A stretch of 64,000 bases of DNA from Leucoraja erinacea (GCF_028641065.1 NC_073404.1:5084001-5148000), one strand, 5' to 3'; counted from the stretch's first letter, positions 49,488-63,334 are shown. Notes: a model not told the origin generated them from the letters alone. Numbers and translations are program-made.

Positions 49488-50464
49488 AACCTTTCCTTTG
49501 TGTACATGTCCAAGGTATTAGATTAGCTTTAGGACATAAAGTACTGGATTAACTCAGGTCTCCAGAGATCCAAAATGTAATCTATCCATGTTTTCCAGAG
49601 ATATTGTAGACCTGCCGAGTTATTCCAGAACTCTGCGTCCTTTTGTATACTAACGAGCATCTGCAGTTCTTTGTTTTTACATATTATTTAACTTTGCTGC
49701 ACATGCACTGGGAAAGAGGAATTTGCAAGAATACAAGGCCAAAATTCTCCATTAGTTTTTTAGCTATTCCATGTACTATTAAGAACAATAATAATACGAT
49801 AGTCTAAACACAGATGTTTACTGGATAAATTAGTCTCATTGGACTGTAAATTAATGTATGATTTTAACCTATACATATTAGGTACATATACTTTCATACT
49901 GCAAACTTGAGAACCACACATGCTCACCTATTATATATCATGACTCAAATTAATGATTTTCTTATATGACAATCTTGGACACAAAATAAAATGCTGTGCA
50001 TTTTAGGAATTGTCACAATTTACTCCATCTGTCACTGAAAAAGATTGCTTCTGTAAACTTTTTACATTTATTCTTATTCATTGTTCTCATCAAACAAGAT
50101 GAAACAGCTGATTGCGGTGACTATTATCCAATTGCTTTAGATTGAAATTTGATCTTTTTGCTTTACAGCTACCCTTTTCAAGTGAAAACAGACTAGTATT
50201 TAAAACCATCATAAAACGAAAGCTCGCGTCAATTATGAAAAAAATGTAGTTGCTCTCTTTTGTCTCAACTCAATGACAAATATTCTTACTGGATTATAGA
50301 ATAGCACGTGGTTCAGGATGCAGAGTCATCCCTTTCAGTGAATTATGAAATGGCAGAATTACCTCACCACTTACTCCCTTCTGACCTTTAATCTAATTTG
50401 CTCACCTCTATCACCAGTGACAATACTTCTATTTACTGTTAATCAGCACTATTACATAGCACAT

Positions 50465-50961
50465 TGTACAGCACAAGACGGGCTCATTAGCCTACATTCT
50501 CTGTGTCGAACATGATGACAAGACCATCACTTAACTACCAGCACATAACCCACATCCCTCAATTCCCTGAATATCGATATGCCTATTCAAGTTTTGAATG
50601 CCACTAACTTCTCTGCCTCAACCACCACCCCAGCAGCACATTCCAGGCACTCAGCACCCTCTAAAAACTCTGCCCCCACAGCTTATAAGCATGTCGCTAG
50701 TATTTAAGTTTTTCAACCCTGGGTAAAGGATTCTGTCTATCCGATCTATGCCCCTCATAATTTTATATACCACAAACTCCAGCATTCCAGAAAAAACAAT
50801 CCAGGTCTGAGCAACTTCTCCCTGAAGCTAATATGTTCAAATCCAGCATTGTGTCCACCTTCGATTTAAACCAGCATCTGCAGTTCTTTCCTACACCTTC
50901 AAATCCAGGCGTCATTATTATTAACAACCTCTGCACCCAGAACTGCACACAATACTCCAAA
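50465..50961 (-). mobile_element. Old CR1 remnant with small Penelope insert (~50847-50897, ttcaaatccag duplicated)
   Basis: LEYCVQFW on the minus strand, plus a reverse CR1 tail. Confidence 0.6.
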
Positions 50962-51885
50962 GGTGGGGGAGCATACCACAACGCAGGATTACCTGGTCAA
51001 ACATCATGCAGGCAGACTTCCAGCATGTCCAGTTCCTTGTCTACGATGCCCTACCAAGCCCAGCAAACCTCCATGTCTGGGGCAAGAGAGAGACACCTTC
51101 CTGCCCACTTTGCTCTGGAAGAGGATCATTAGAACATCTCCTCAGCAGCTGCCCAAAGTCTCTTGGGGAAGGTTGCTATCGGTGGCACCATGACCAGGTG
51201 CTCAAGGTGGTTGCTGAGTGCATAGCCACTGCCATCGGTAACAGCAAACACCACCATGCCCCAAAGAAATCAATCACTTTTGTCAAAGCTGGAGAGAAGC
51301 CCCCGCCCACAACCAAAAACAAGGATGGGCCTCCTCTACACATCCACTGGCTGGCAGCTGCACGTCGATCTGGGCAAACAGCTGAAATTTCCACAGCAAA
51401 TCACAGCAACATCACTCCGGCCAGACATGATCATCACCTCCGAAGTGACAAAATAGTTGATCATTCTGGAGCTGACAGAGCCCTGGGAAGAGCGTATTGA
51501 AGAAGCTAATGAGAGTAAACTCGCAAAGTACCAGGAACTGCTGGAGATGTGCCAGGACAGAGGCTGGAAGACATACTATGAGCCCATAGAGGTGGGCTGT
51601 AGAGGCTTTGCAGGATGCCGATTGTGCAAAGTCCTCAATCAGTTGGGCATTACGGGGCTGGCAAAGAAGAGGGCCATTCAATCCGCAAGCGAAGCTGCAG
51701 AGAAAGAGGGCTGATCGTGGGCGATTGCTGCTGGGACACAAGTCATTGGGCCCTGGGCTGCTTGATCAACCCCGGCTGGATCGCCTGGGCGAGGGTGTCT
51801 GATGCTGTGAGACCCAAAACACCAGACGACCCCAGGTCACATCACTGAGGATGCGTCCCAGCGCATCGAGAAGATCTTTTACACA
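50962..51885 (+). mobile_element. HERO-like (R2 group, RLE) non-LTR retrotransposon 3' portion
   Basis: Has the CCHC knuckle CPLC-x7-H-x4-C, RWHHDQVL and the PD-(D/E)xK nuclease LRPDM...ILELTEPWEE...KLAKY...PIEVGCRGF. The reading frame is frameshifted. Confidence 0.85.
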
Positions 51886-52995
51886 AATGCAGTCTATGTC
51901 CTATAATGCATCATGACTTTGACTGTAACAGTCATTGTCCCAACCTACAACATACAGTCTCTAACCTTACTACATTATTTTCATTTTCCAAACACTTTCC
52001 TTTCTTGTACTTTCTCAGTTATGTGTTCATGAAATATTTATCAATAATAAATTTTACATCCCATCTGACTATCCAAAATTTTCAAATACTCTAACTTATT
52101 TCTATTCAATTGTTCACTCTAACCCCACATTAACTGTATATTTCCTGAAACTGTTGTAACTAAGCTTTGACCCTCCTCATTTTGAAGCCATTCTGTGACC
52201 AGTTTGAAACAGTAGTACAAAGGAGCCACAGATGAAACTACCAATGAGCAAATCCCCAGCACAATGATGGATATATCTATAAAAATGAATCATAATTAGA
52301 TACCAGACTTGGTTCTCCCTCACTTCAATCAAAGTTGCATCCATCCGAAAAGACTGGAGAAAAAAAATTAGGCTGAACATTTCAGGAAAAACTCTTAATT
52401 TGAGGAAACAATCACCAGACAAGATTCCATCATTGTGATGGAGGCCACCCAATACACAGGACAATATTTACCAATGAAATGTAATTTTAGGTCACAGTGC
52501 TTGTGGAACCTTTTGGAATGCATGTTTGATATTATGTTTCTTTGCATTAGATGCAATGTATTCCACTTGCATTATGTAAACCATCATAAATGCAACATTC
52601 GTACCTTGGAAAGGTTAGATTTTTTTTAAATCACAAATTACAAGAGGACAGACTTCTTCAGAACGACATGAATCATCCAGTGACTGAATTTTGAATTTAG
52701 CAAAAAGAGGATTTATGGAGTTCTTGCAAATAAACAACTGATTTAAAAGGTCATAATAAGCAGCTGAACAGAAAATTTGTCTGACTCGGATATGGCACCA
52801 AAACACACAGGTGTGTGCTGGTACATTACAAAAAAATGCTGTTGAAAATAGCAAATGTAAAACACAAAATTACTTGTAATTGCACTGTGAAACAAAATGT
52901 GGGATGGACTAGTATTTGGTCACATCCTCTTTATTCCAGAGGTTTGCACATCTATTTACAGATTACAGATCAAACTCACATCTCCCCCAAGAGAA

Positions 52996-53087
52996 GGTAG
53001 ACAAAAATGCTGGAGAAACTCAGCGGGTGAGGTAGCATCTATGGAGCGAAGGAATAGGTGACATTTCGGGTCGAGACCCTTCTTCAG
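52996..53087 (-). mobile_element. Penelope-derived hammerhead-bearing fragment
   Basis: ...ggtgacatttcgggtcgagacccttcttcag. Confidence 0.8.
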
Positions 53088-55419
53088 TGACCAAGAAAAT
53101 TACAAAACGGTTTAATGTCCATCAATAAATGAAGTTCGGGAATCTTACTGAAAATGCCTTAACTGATGGGAGTTGTTTACCTTTCTTTTACTTTTTAAAG
53201 AGGTCTGGTGCTTGTTTTACATTAACTTTATGTCACCCAACTATGTTTCAGAACAGATCAAAACAAAACATATCAAATGAAAACAAAGGATCATTATGTC
53301 CTGTTTTCAGTTCAAAGATTTGATGAGGTTGTCATTCATATTACAATACATCAATTATAGGTGAAACCTTAGGAATGCAAGTTTACAATAATATTAACAA
53401 TTCCGGATTAAGCTGCAATGAACCCATATTAACTATTAGCATAATTCCAAATTGGCTTAATTGCAGCTTACAGACGAACAAACAGTCACAATGTCAAAGA
53501 TGTTTTGAATTTCAATTGCAAATGGAATGTTAGGAAACATTTTGACTTCAAATAACAAAACCCACCTACGTAAATCTGAATTGAGAAACCAGCAATAAAG
53601 GGATGCTAATGAGCCGAAGGCAAAGTATTTCATATACACAATTAAAAACTGCGAGCATTAGGAGCATGGAGGATCTACATCCATTCCTACACAATTCACC
53701 AAAAACCACTGCACCAGGGACTGCTTGATTACAATCATGAACTGGAGCTTTTGCCAAGCTTTTAATCCTAGAATCAAGGAACCAAAAATCTTCTCCCATA
53801 ATGTGCCATTTCAGGGAAATTAAGCCACAGGCTGTGAACCACCTTGGATCCAAAGTTAATGATTATATGTCTGTCACAACATCCAATATTGAAAGAGTTT
53901 TTATGCATTTTATAAGAAAGGGAAAACACTCTTTAAAGACAATTTTGCCCCCATGTTCTAACTAGCAAAAGCACGGAAGGATTGAAAACAAAATATTTCT
54001 AACATGAAATTGAAGACATGCTAAAAATGGGGGATGAAAACAAAGATGGAAATAAAGTTTGTTTTGACGATTGAAGGGCTGGATGAAATTACAAGAATAT
54101 GCACAAATGCGTGAAAAAACAATACGCTTTATAAACGGTCTTGTGAATAGACCCTACAATACTTCAATGCTTTCAGTTTGTTAAATCAGTCAAGTTCCCT
54201 GCTGCCACCGTTTAAATATACTGCTGCTGCATAAACTAATTATCAGACAGATGTGAATTTCCAGCCCTCATCTATCCCTGTGCGAAGTAAGCTTCATGTT
54301 TAGTAAATATCCCCATTTCTCCAAAGGCAATTTTACTGTTCACTGCCATTAATATTCAGTATATTAACAAATTGTCCATTCTGAATAAATTATTCTGTAC
54401 TAAATCATGAAATCAATGACCCATTCACAGTCATATGTATAGTTAGAAAAGCAGAGGCACACGAACAGGGTCTTCGGCCCTGCAAGCATACTGTGCCATT
54501 CAATTTATGCATGCCTGGTCAGCATCTTAAATCCATCTACCATCTATCTTCCAATCCATTGAAACCATGATGAATAAAAAAACAATGTTTCAGCTGAACA
54601 AAGACTAATTCTGCTTGAAAAAATAAAGGCATGGCTGATCTCAATACTCCTCTGTGGAAATATCTATTTTTAAAAATAAATATTTCTAATGGTGTACGTG
54701 GGTTACAGATGCATTACAGACATACTAGGGCTAACGTATGCCCTCCAGAAAAACGTATATCCCTCGCTTTTTGTAGTACACTAAAATTGAGTATTAAAGT
54801 TCTCTGTGCAAATAGTTTGAGCAAATAAGATACAAATTTGGCTGGTTTCAATTAATAAAAAGAGTACAAACATAAATTTCAAACCCAACAAGTAGAAATA
54901 CAGCAAGTCTATTGTTATGTTGTGGTAAATGTTCCTAATCTGCTGAGTGGTTCCAGTCTTTTGTTCTGATTTCAGATTTGAGCATCTGCAGATTTCTGAC
55001 TTTCTTCCACAACAGCTGACTGTAACTTCAAAGTATGAATGTTAAGCAATTAACTAAATTTTGATCAGAAATATCACCAAATTAAATTTACTTTATTTCA
55101 GCTGAAAAACCAATGGTCATTGACCTAACGGCATTTTCCGAGATGCTAACAGTACTATAATCAGAATTTTATTAGCTAACTTAAGTAGAACTGCATCCTA
55201 ACCACCTGAAGATTACTTAGTGTAATAAAAACTCCATATGTGACCTAACTGTATGTGCTCCAGTACACCCAGCAGGTGGACTGGACTTTTTTTGTAAATG
55301 GCACCAAAATATGGCAACGGGTGCAAGAAATTCACTGGGCTGTGTATACTTGACATCAAGGACCATCGAACAAATTAATATTTTACTTTTTCGTAGCTCA
55401 GTGTATTATTCATATCATA

Positions 55420-55625
55420 TTTTAGTTTAGAGATACAGCATGAAAACAGGCCCTTCCGCCCATCGGGTCCGCGTCGACCAACAATCAACTATATAGTAGT
55501 TCAATGTTATTCCAGTTTCATTTCCTACACACCAGGGGCAATTTAAAGAAGCCAATTAACCTACAAACCTGCATGTTTTTGGAATTGGGAGGAAACCGGA
55601 GTACGCAGGAAAAAAAACCGTGGAG
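55420..55625 (-). mobile_element. HE1-like SINE 3' part
   Basis: tttagtttagagatacagc...aaacaggcccttc...gggaggaaaccggag. Confidence 0.75.
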
Positions 55626-58199
55626 ACAGCCTGCAAAAAAAAAAAGACATTCTAAAATGAACTAAAGTACTAAAAAGTTTCTTCTGCAGAATGGTTGGAT
55701 TCCGTTCTGATCAAAATTTGGTCAAATAAAGCAGCCAAAAATTGACAGTCATTTCCAGTTAGAACTGTGGAAACCAACCTTTATAGCCACACTTAAAGAA
55801 AAATATGAAGGATAATTTCTTAAAATAAGGAAACAAATGGAAAACCCCTCAAATCAAGCTTTTGGACTCGTCAATAAGCAGAGTTGGTACAATTAATAAA
55901 CCACGTGAATTTTTTTTTGAGATTTGTTTTTACCCATTTATGTTTTGCAGCACAAAATGATTGAGAAGTTTCACCATGAACAAAATACCATGAGCTGCAT
56001 CAGCATTCATACAAACTAGGATCAGATTACAATTTGACCTCGCATATACCAGAATGTTTGATGGATGCAACTGAAATAATCACAAAATTCTCCATCATAT
56101 GGATAATTTCTTGCAACTTAAATATTATAGAAACATTATGCTTTCTTTAAGCCATTCATGAGGCATCCCCAATGGGGACCATCAATATGGAGTTGTGATT
56201 ACCTTGCAATTATAATTGAGATGTAGTATTTAAAAAAATCATGCTCCATTCATAAAAATGATCTGCAATTGTTTATACAGAACAAATAATTGTTACGTAG
56301 GAATAAATGACAAATGCAATAAGTTCAAAGGTATGAAATTGAATTAAATGGAAAAAGCATAACAATGTTGATATTACTTATATGCACATAACATGCAAAA
56401 GGAGATCCTACTGAAAAACATTAGTGACAAAGTTATACTCCGTGCAACACTGAAAATATTGCTAATGAAGAATTTCAAAAATACACAAGTGAAATTCTTC
56501 AAACCATGTATAAACTGGGCAATTTGTAATTTTAAATACCAAAATAATCACTATCCATGGACCAAATACAGATAACAAGGCAAGGACTTTAAGAGCACAA
56601 ATCCCTTCTGATCACCTGTTTTCCCCTGTACTGTGTTGGACTATAGTTCCCACGTGGAGAAGTTTGTACAGTAGTGCTAAATTCAGCTGCCGATGATTTA
56701 GCTAGATTAAACCATGATTTAATACATATTTATCACTATGGGATACATGGTTTACACTACATATTTTGTTTAGATTTTGATGAGATGGAAAAAGTAATGA
56801 ATTTGAAATCTTACATGTCTGGGTACCATGATCATGTCAGAGAAACTTTTCAAAGGCAAACAAACATCTTTTGTGAACTACAAGATTGAAATGCGGTATC
56901 TGAATATAGAACTGGTTACAAAATTATATATTTTGCATTCTTATTTTATCTCACTTTTTTGAGGCTCCTTTCAAAGCAATGCATTTGGATACACTCAATT
57001 CCTAATACAATTAACATTAAGAAACAACTGTCATTACAAATGTAGAATTTGGAGTAGAAAAATATAAATTAAAATAAATTCTGATCAATAATAAATCTGC
57101 CAAATCAATGTCCAAATTAGAGCCTGGATATCCTACTTATCCACTGCTGAAATTGCTCAATAATTTATATCTTAAATTACATTCTCCATTTAACTATATT
57201 TTAAGGCCAGTCACGTGTTGGCTTCTCGACAGTCAAGTTAGCAAAATGCTAATAAAAAGTTAAATTGGTTATGGGACTAAGAATAGGAACAGTGAAATAT
57301 ATCTGTTTGAAAACTGATGCTAGTCTCTCACCACTATGATGCAAAACAAATGATCGCATTTACAAGCACCAAAATAACATGCACTTGCTCTGACCAGGTG
57401 TTATTTTGCTACAAAATAGCATATAATATCAAACATTAAATCTAAAAATTGATTTCCAATTTTGAACAAAATCAGAATTCAAAATCAAATCACTATCAGA
57501 TTTTAAATAATATTAAATCGTGTATTTGAACACAAGAATGGGCATATTCGCCAAGAGCTCTGCAAAACTAGCAGGGCTGATAAATGAAAAAAATGGTTTA
57601 ACAATGTCGTGATGTTAATCCTGCATCATCAGAAAGCAAGATGCATGTGGCTTATGGCACTGCATCGACCATGAAAATATGACAACCAAAGCATTGAAAA
57701 AACGGGTCATGAGATATTACATCAGGTTTCTCAGAACATAAAGTCCCAAAACAAAAAAAACTTAAATGTTCAGCATTTATACACCTGAATATATCGGTAA
57801 TAATTGGATAACAGACGGGTTGGGCGTCTCACAAGTCAAGATCCACCCTGCGGTAAAAAAAAATCTTGTTCCTCCTCACTCCACCCAAACTCATCAGTAC
57901 TGCTCATGACCTGCAACCTTGCCCATCCATTCTATTACGCACAGTTTTATTTCAATGAAGTAGAAATTCATGGATTTGATACGCCTCGTACAAGGGCGTC
58001 TGCCACACTAATAGAGTGAGGTGGGTGGGGAGAGAAAAAATACCAACCTGCATTTTTCGTACATAGAAAGGAATTGGGTCAAACTCTGAGCGGAAAAAAT
58101 AATGAACATATTTTAAAAAATGGATGTCCGTTTCTTGAAAGGCCACGTCGGCGACTTTGTGATGGTTTCCAAGAGGCTGCGTGTGAAAAGTAGCCAAAG

Positions 58200-59185
58200 G
58201 TCGAAGAATAAAAAGGCATCAGTAACGACAGAGCCGGATCATTTGAAGGTTTTACCAACGGCCGGACGCCATTTTATTACCAAACAGCAAGGCGGCAGCA
58301 GCCACATAATCTGAGAGGAAGCCCTCCCCGCCTCCCACCCACCCATCGCCGGTTTTTTCTCTCCCCACCCGGCGCTGCGTTTGTTTAAACCGGCCTCCCG
58401 GCCATTACAAACCCGCATCAACTCACCCTGAAGAGAATCGGCTTCGAGGCGGAGGGCTTACAGCGACCATTCAGACGAGAATCCAGAGGTTTTTCACGGC
58501 TGTCAAACACAGTTGCAGCCTCCCCCCCCCACCTTCGCTCAAACTGTTTTTCTCTCTCCCTCCCTCTACGCTGGCGTGCGGAGTTTACGCAGAGCGGGCT
58601 GCGCACATTAATCGGACCGTTTTTTTCATCTCTCCGGGTTGCGTCCTCCTCCCTCCCGCCCCCTCTGCCAAGTGACAGCAGCGCCGCTCCACGCATGCGC
58701 ACCGCTACCCCTCCTCGAACCGGCGCCCAGAATCAGCCGACACTTCTCCGCGCATGCGCACTACCACCCTTCCCAGAATCAGCCGACACCCTCCCCACCC
58801 CGCGTTCTCCTCTCTGCGCATGCGCACGCACACAACAACCCCTCCTCGAAAGGGCGCCTAGTGTCAGCCGACACCTCGCCACCCCCTTCCACTCTGCGCC
58901 TGCGCACTACCACCCCTCCTCGAACGGACGCCCAGAATCGGTCGACAACCCGCCCTCTCCGCGCCTGCGCACTACCGTCTCTCCTCAAACGAGCGCCCAG
59001 ACGCCGACGACTCCCCCCTCCGTCGTCTCTCGCTGCCCGGCACCTGCGCAGAGACGAGAAGCCGAGGACATGCCAATGCGCGCTGGCCCCGCGGCAGTTG
59101 GAGCGCATGCGCCTTCGGCTGACGACCGCGTGAACCCGCCTTAGGCGGCGGGGTCGCGCACGCCTGCGCAGTAGCGCCATGAGGA
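58200..59185. promoter_or_regulatory. CpG-island promoter with multiple NRF1 motifs and a YY1 motif
   Basis: GC/CpG-rich block in AT-rich surroundings. GCGCATGCGC/GCGCCTGCGC-type motifs occur at 58692, 58750, 58815, 58895, 58961, 59103 and 59161. CGCCATTTT (YY1-like) lies at 58267-58275. Confidence 0.8.
58427..58680 (-). other. PAFAH1B1: Probable non-coding exon 1 of PAFAH1B1 (TSS position uncertain)
   Basis: A consensus donor CAGG|gtgagt lies at 58427/58426, inside the most prominent non-repeat CpG island, 25 kb upstream of exon 2 on the same strand. Confidence 0.7.
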
Positions 59186-59544
59186 CGTTGAACTTTAGAA
59201 ATCACATTTTAGAGCCAATTTGAGAGGTGTGAGCACGGTTACTATTAGAATCGTATTTATTACCTTTATATCTGAATATGTCTTCGTGAAATACTAATTG
59301 TCTAATTAAGATTATTATTGAGGGTTTAAATGTTATTTAACACCTTCTCTGGAGTGATGTGAATCAGGACGGGTCCTCATTCTCTACCATGTTGAGACCA
59401 GTTCTCAGAATCCTCATCAGACTTATCCCTTGACCATGACCGCACAGATGGACACCAGACCATCATCACCCAGACTGATCGATCTCATCAACTCTGGCTA
59501 TCTCTCCTCCACAGCCCAGTAGTGCCCACATCTATCTCTCGGAA

Positions 59545-59780
59545 TCTGAGGGGTAACTTTTTCACACAAAGGGTAGTGGGTGTGTGGAACAAGCTGCCAG
59601 ATGAGGTAGTTGAGGCTGGGACCATCCCAAAGTTTAAGTAACAGGCAGGCACATGGATAGGATTTGGAGGGATATGGACCAAACGCAGGCAGGTGGGACG
59701 AGTATAGCTGGGACATGTTGGCCGGTGTGCGCAAGTTGGGCCGAAGGGCCTGTTTCCATACTATTACTATCACTCTATTT
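59545..59780 (+). mobile_element. CR1 3' end
   Basis: ctgaggggtaactttttcacacaaagggt...gaagggcctgtttcc. Confidence 0.85.
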
Positions 59781-61424
59781 CTGTGTTATTGAATGATTAC
59801 TTCTCATCGGCATACATCAGGTAGAAAGATGTGGAATGTGTAGGAAGGAACTGCAGATTCTGGTTTACACAGATAGACACTTAATGCTGGGACAGGCAGC
59901 ATCTCTGGAGAGAAGGAATGGGTGATGTTTTGGGCCGAGACCCTTCTTCAGACTCTGGATAGTTAAAGGAGGGATACTCTGATTTTGTCAGGATCAGGGA
60001 GGGGGGAATATTTGGAAATATTGATGCTTATTAGGGTAGATAAATCTCCAGGGTTTGATGGGATCTATCCCAGGATGCTATTGAAATCAAGGTAAGAGAT
60101 TGATGGGGGTCTGACAAAAACGCTTCTGCATCTTTGTTAGCCATATTTGATACTTGATATTGGATACGACATGCACAAATAGAAGATGAGGTCTTGTTCG
60201 GTGAGCTTGCTGAGTCCTCGTTGTAACATCTTAGCTGCATCATTGTCATTTTTGTCTTGCCCTATTGGAGATATTTCTGATTTTGCTCTGATGAAAGGCC
60301 TTCGAGCAGAAATGTTCATTCATGTTTCATCTTGCACAGATACTCCTTCAACTCTCTACCACTTTATTCATCCCCATTCCGATAAATAATACTGTACTTT
60401 TTCTTAATTTATTTCTGTGCCTCCATACCACCTTCACTGCAACTACTGAGCAGTCTTGAACTACTATCTACCTCATTGGTGATCCTCGGACTATCTTTGA
60501 TCGCACATTACTGGATTTATCTTGCACTAAACGTTATTCCCTTATCATGTATCTGTGCACTGTGTATGGCTTGATTTTAATCATGTATTGTCTTTCCACT
60601 GACTAGTTAGCACGCAAGAAAAGCTTTTCACTGTACCTCGGACAGTGACAATACACATGATAATAAACTAAAATTAAAATTGAATTATGCAATAAGACAC
60701 TGGGATCTCTTTCTCAAAACTCTGCAACTTCTCAAAATAATACTTTTTTTCTTTCCTGTCAAGTTGATTATTTTCCTAATTTCCCAAATTATACTTCATA
60801 TACCAGATCTCTCCCTACTTACATAACTTACATATGACAGTCCCGTTTGCGTCTTAATTTACAATTAGCCAGTCAATCTTGTATCCATGCCAATTTGTGG
60901 TATGGTGAGATTCTGCATTTCTATGTGATGAGATTTGATTTCCCACAACAATCTTTTAAGTGTTACCTCCTAGAATTCCTTCGGTATAGTTTATTGGCAT
61001 TATGGCAATCTTTTCTCCAATGTAGCTTAGGTTGCTCAAATTATATTGAGAATCAAAAACTGGAGATGCTGGAGAAACTGAAATAAAAGCAGAAATTGTT
61101 AGAAGCACTTAGCATGTCAGGCAGCATGCAATCAAGTAGAAATAGGAGCTCACTTGAAGGTGGATGACACCTCATCACTGAAAATTAAAAAAAAAAAAAA
61201 AAGTAACACAGGCAAGGGTTTTCCAATAATAGCACAACTGTATAAAGTTAATTTGATCAACACCAGTCGTGTTTTGCTGAGTAAATTATGAATCCATAAT
61301 CATCAATTGTTCTTAGAAATATGGTTTAGAGTATTATTTCAGATTGAAACAATGCAATATAAGGGTAAAAGAAGCATGTGAACCAGTTCAGAGGAAATGA
61401 TGAGTGGTTTCAGCAAAATATATG

Positions 61425-62295
61425 AGAGCAAGCTTGCAGATGATACAAAAGTGGGTGGTTGTGCAGATAGTGAAGATGGTTGTGAAAAAACACAGCAAGA
61501 TCTTGATCAATTGGCCAAGTGGGCTGAGGAATTGTTAATGGAATTTAATGCAGAAAAATGTGAGGTGTTGCATTTTGGGAAGTCTAACATGGGCAAGACC
61601 CACACAGTGAATGGCAGGGCACTGGGGAGTGTTGTAGAGCAAAGGGGTCTAGGAGTGCAGGTGCATAGCTCACTGAAGGTACAGTCGCAGGTAGATCTGG
61701 TGGTCAAAAAGGCTTTTGGCACATTGGCCTTCATCAGCCAGAGTATTGAGTTTAGAAGTTGGGAGGTCATGTTGCAGTTGTATAAGATGTTGGTGAAGCT
61801 ACATTTAGAGTATTGTGTTCACTTCTGGGCACTGTGCTATAGGAAATATGTTGTCAAGCTGGAAAGGGTACAGAGAAGATTTACGAAGATGAGAGGGTCT
61901 GAGCTATAGGCAGACGTTGTGTAGGCTGCGACTGTTCCTTGGAGCACAGGAGGGTAAGGGGTGATCTTATAGAGGTGTATAAGATCATGAGAGGAATATA
62001 TCAGGTAGATGCACAGAGTCTCTTGCCCAGAGTAGGTGAATGGAGAACTAGAGGACATAGGTTTAAGGTGAAGGGGTAACTTTGGAGGGGTGGTGGGATG
62101 TATGGAACAAGCTGCCAGAGGAGGTAGTTGAGGCAGGGACTATCCCAACATTTAAGAAACAGTTAGATAGGTACATGGATAGGATAGGTTTGGAGGGATA
62201 TGGACCAAATGCTGGCAGGTGGGACTAGTGCAGCTGGGACATGTTGGCCAGTGTGGTCTGTTTCCACACTGTATCACCCCATGACTGTATGACTA
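61425..62295 (+). mobile_element. CR1 3' portion
   Basis: Translates as KLADDTKVGG...MEFNAEKCEVLHFG...HLEYCVHFW. Confidence 0.9.
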
Positions 62296-63334
62296 ACTTT
62301 GGTCATGGAACTTGGGGAATGCTGACTAACCCAGTGATTTTTTTGAAAAGTTTCCATTGACAAAAAATCTATATTTTACCTTTTATGTATATTTCTTTCT
62401 TTTCCTGAGCACTAGAATATATTAATGGGACAATACTGTCAGTCTGATAGGATTTCTTTTGTTTTAACTGGTCAACTAATTTGCAAAATAATAGGTATGA
62501 TTCTGTCCTTAATTGATGTAAACTGATTTTGTAAACCACATTTTTGAATATTTGGCAAATGTTATAGGTCTAGAAATAGGGAATGGTTGGCTCAGGTGTG
62601 GTTTCTGAAGTCTGTTTTAATACATTTGTACTGCCTCTTATCCAACGGTTCAGAATAAAGGAGAATGCTTAGTCATTATCAAAGGCAATAAGGTTTCTTG
62701 AGCCAACTCGCATGTATGGGTGTGTATTTGTTCACTGACAGATGTCTGTGTGCATGTCCGCATATGGTTCAGAGTTTCAAATTGTCTTGGCCTCTACAGC
62801 CACTGGACTAATCCCATTGGATTTGTCAAGCACAAGAGGTTCATCCTGTTAAAAGGCATCTTACGCTCCCAAATATGAAATGCGGGACCTAGAAAGTCAG
62901 GCCTCTCATGGATAACAGCAGCAGCAGCAGAAGACCTCTGTTCTCAATGGTCTGGGAACTCAAATATTTTGACTTTGGCATTACTGTCTTGAGTTAAGTT
63001 TGTTAGGCATGAGAAAGCCAGTTGGAAGAAAACACATTCTGGGAGAATTACTGGAAAGGAAGTGCTATCTTCATGTAGACTCATGGAACGGCAGATACTG
63101 GCTTACAGAAAAAGACACAAAGCGCTGGAGTAACACAACGGGTCAGACAGCATCTCTGGAAAATATGGATGTAAAGTTTCAGGTCGGGACCTTTCTTCAA
63201 TTAGATTGATCGTAGTGGGGGGTGGGAGACGTGAAACGTAGCATATCCATGTTCTCCAGAAATGTTGCCAGACCCGCTGAGTTACTCCAGCACTTTGTGT
63301 CTTGCTATCTTTACGTGTTGGGGTTCATGATTAA

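Noticed and set aside
58685-59015. CRISPR-like repeat/spacer array
   Set aside because: The context is eukaryotic, the units are degenerate with no unique spacers, and there are no cas genes.
58239-59205. Arg/Pro-rich ORFs on both strands
   Set aside because: They are expected by-products of a GC-rich CpG island with tandem units.
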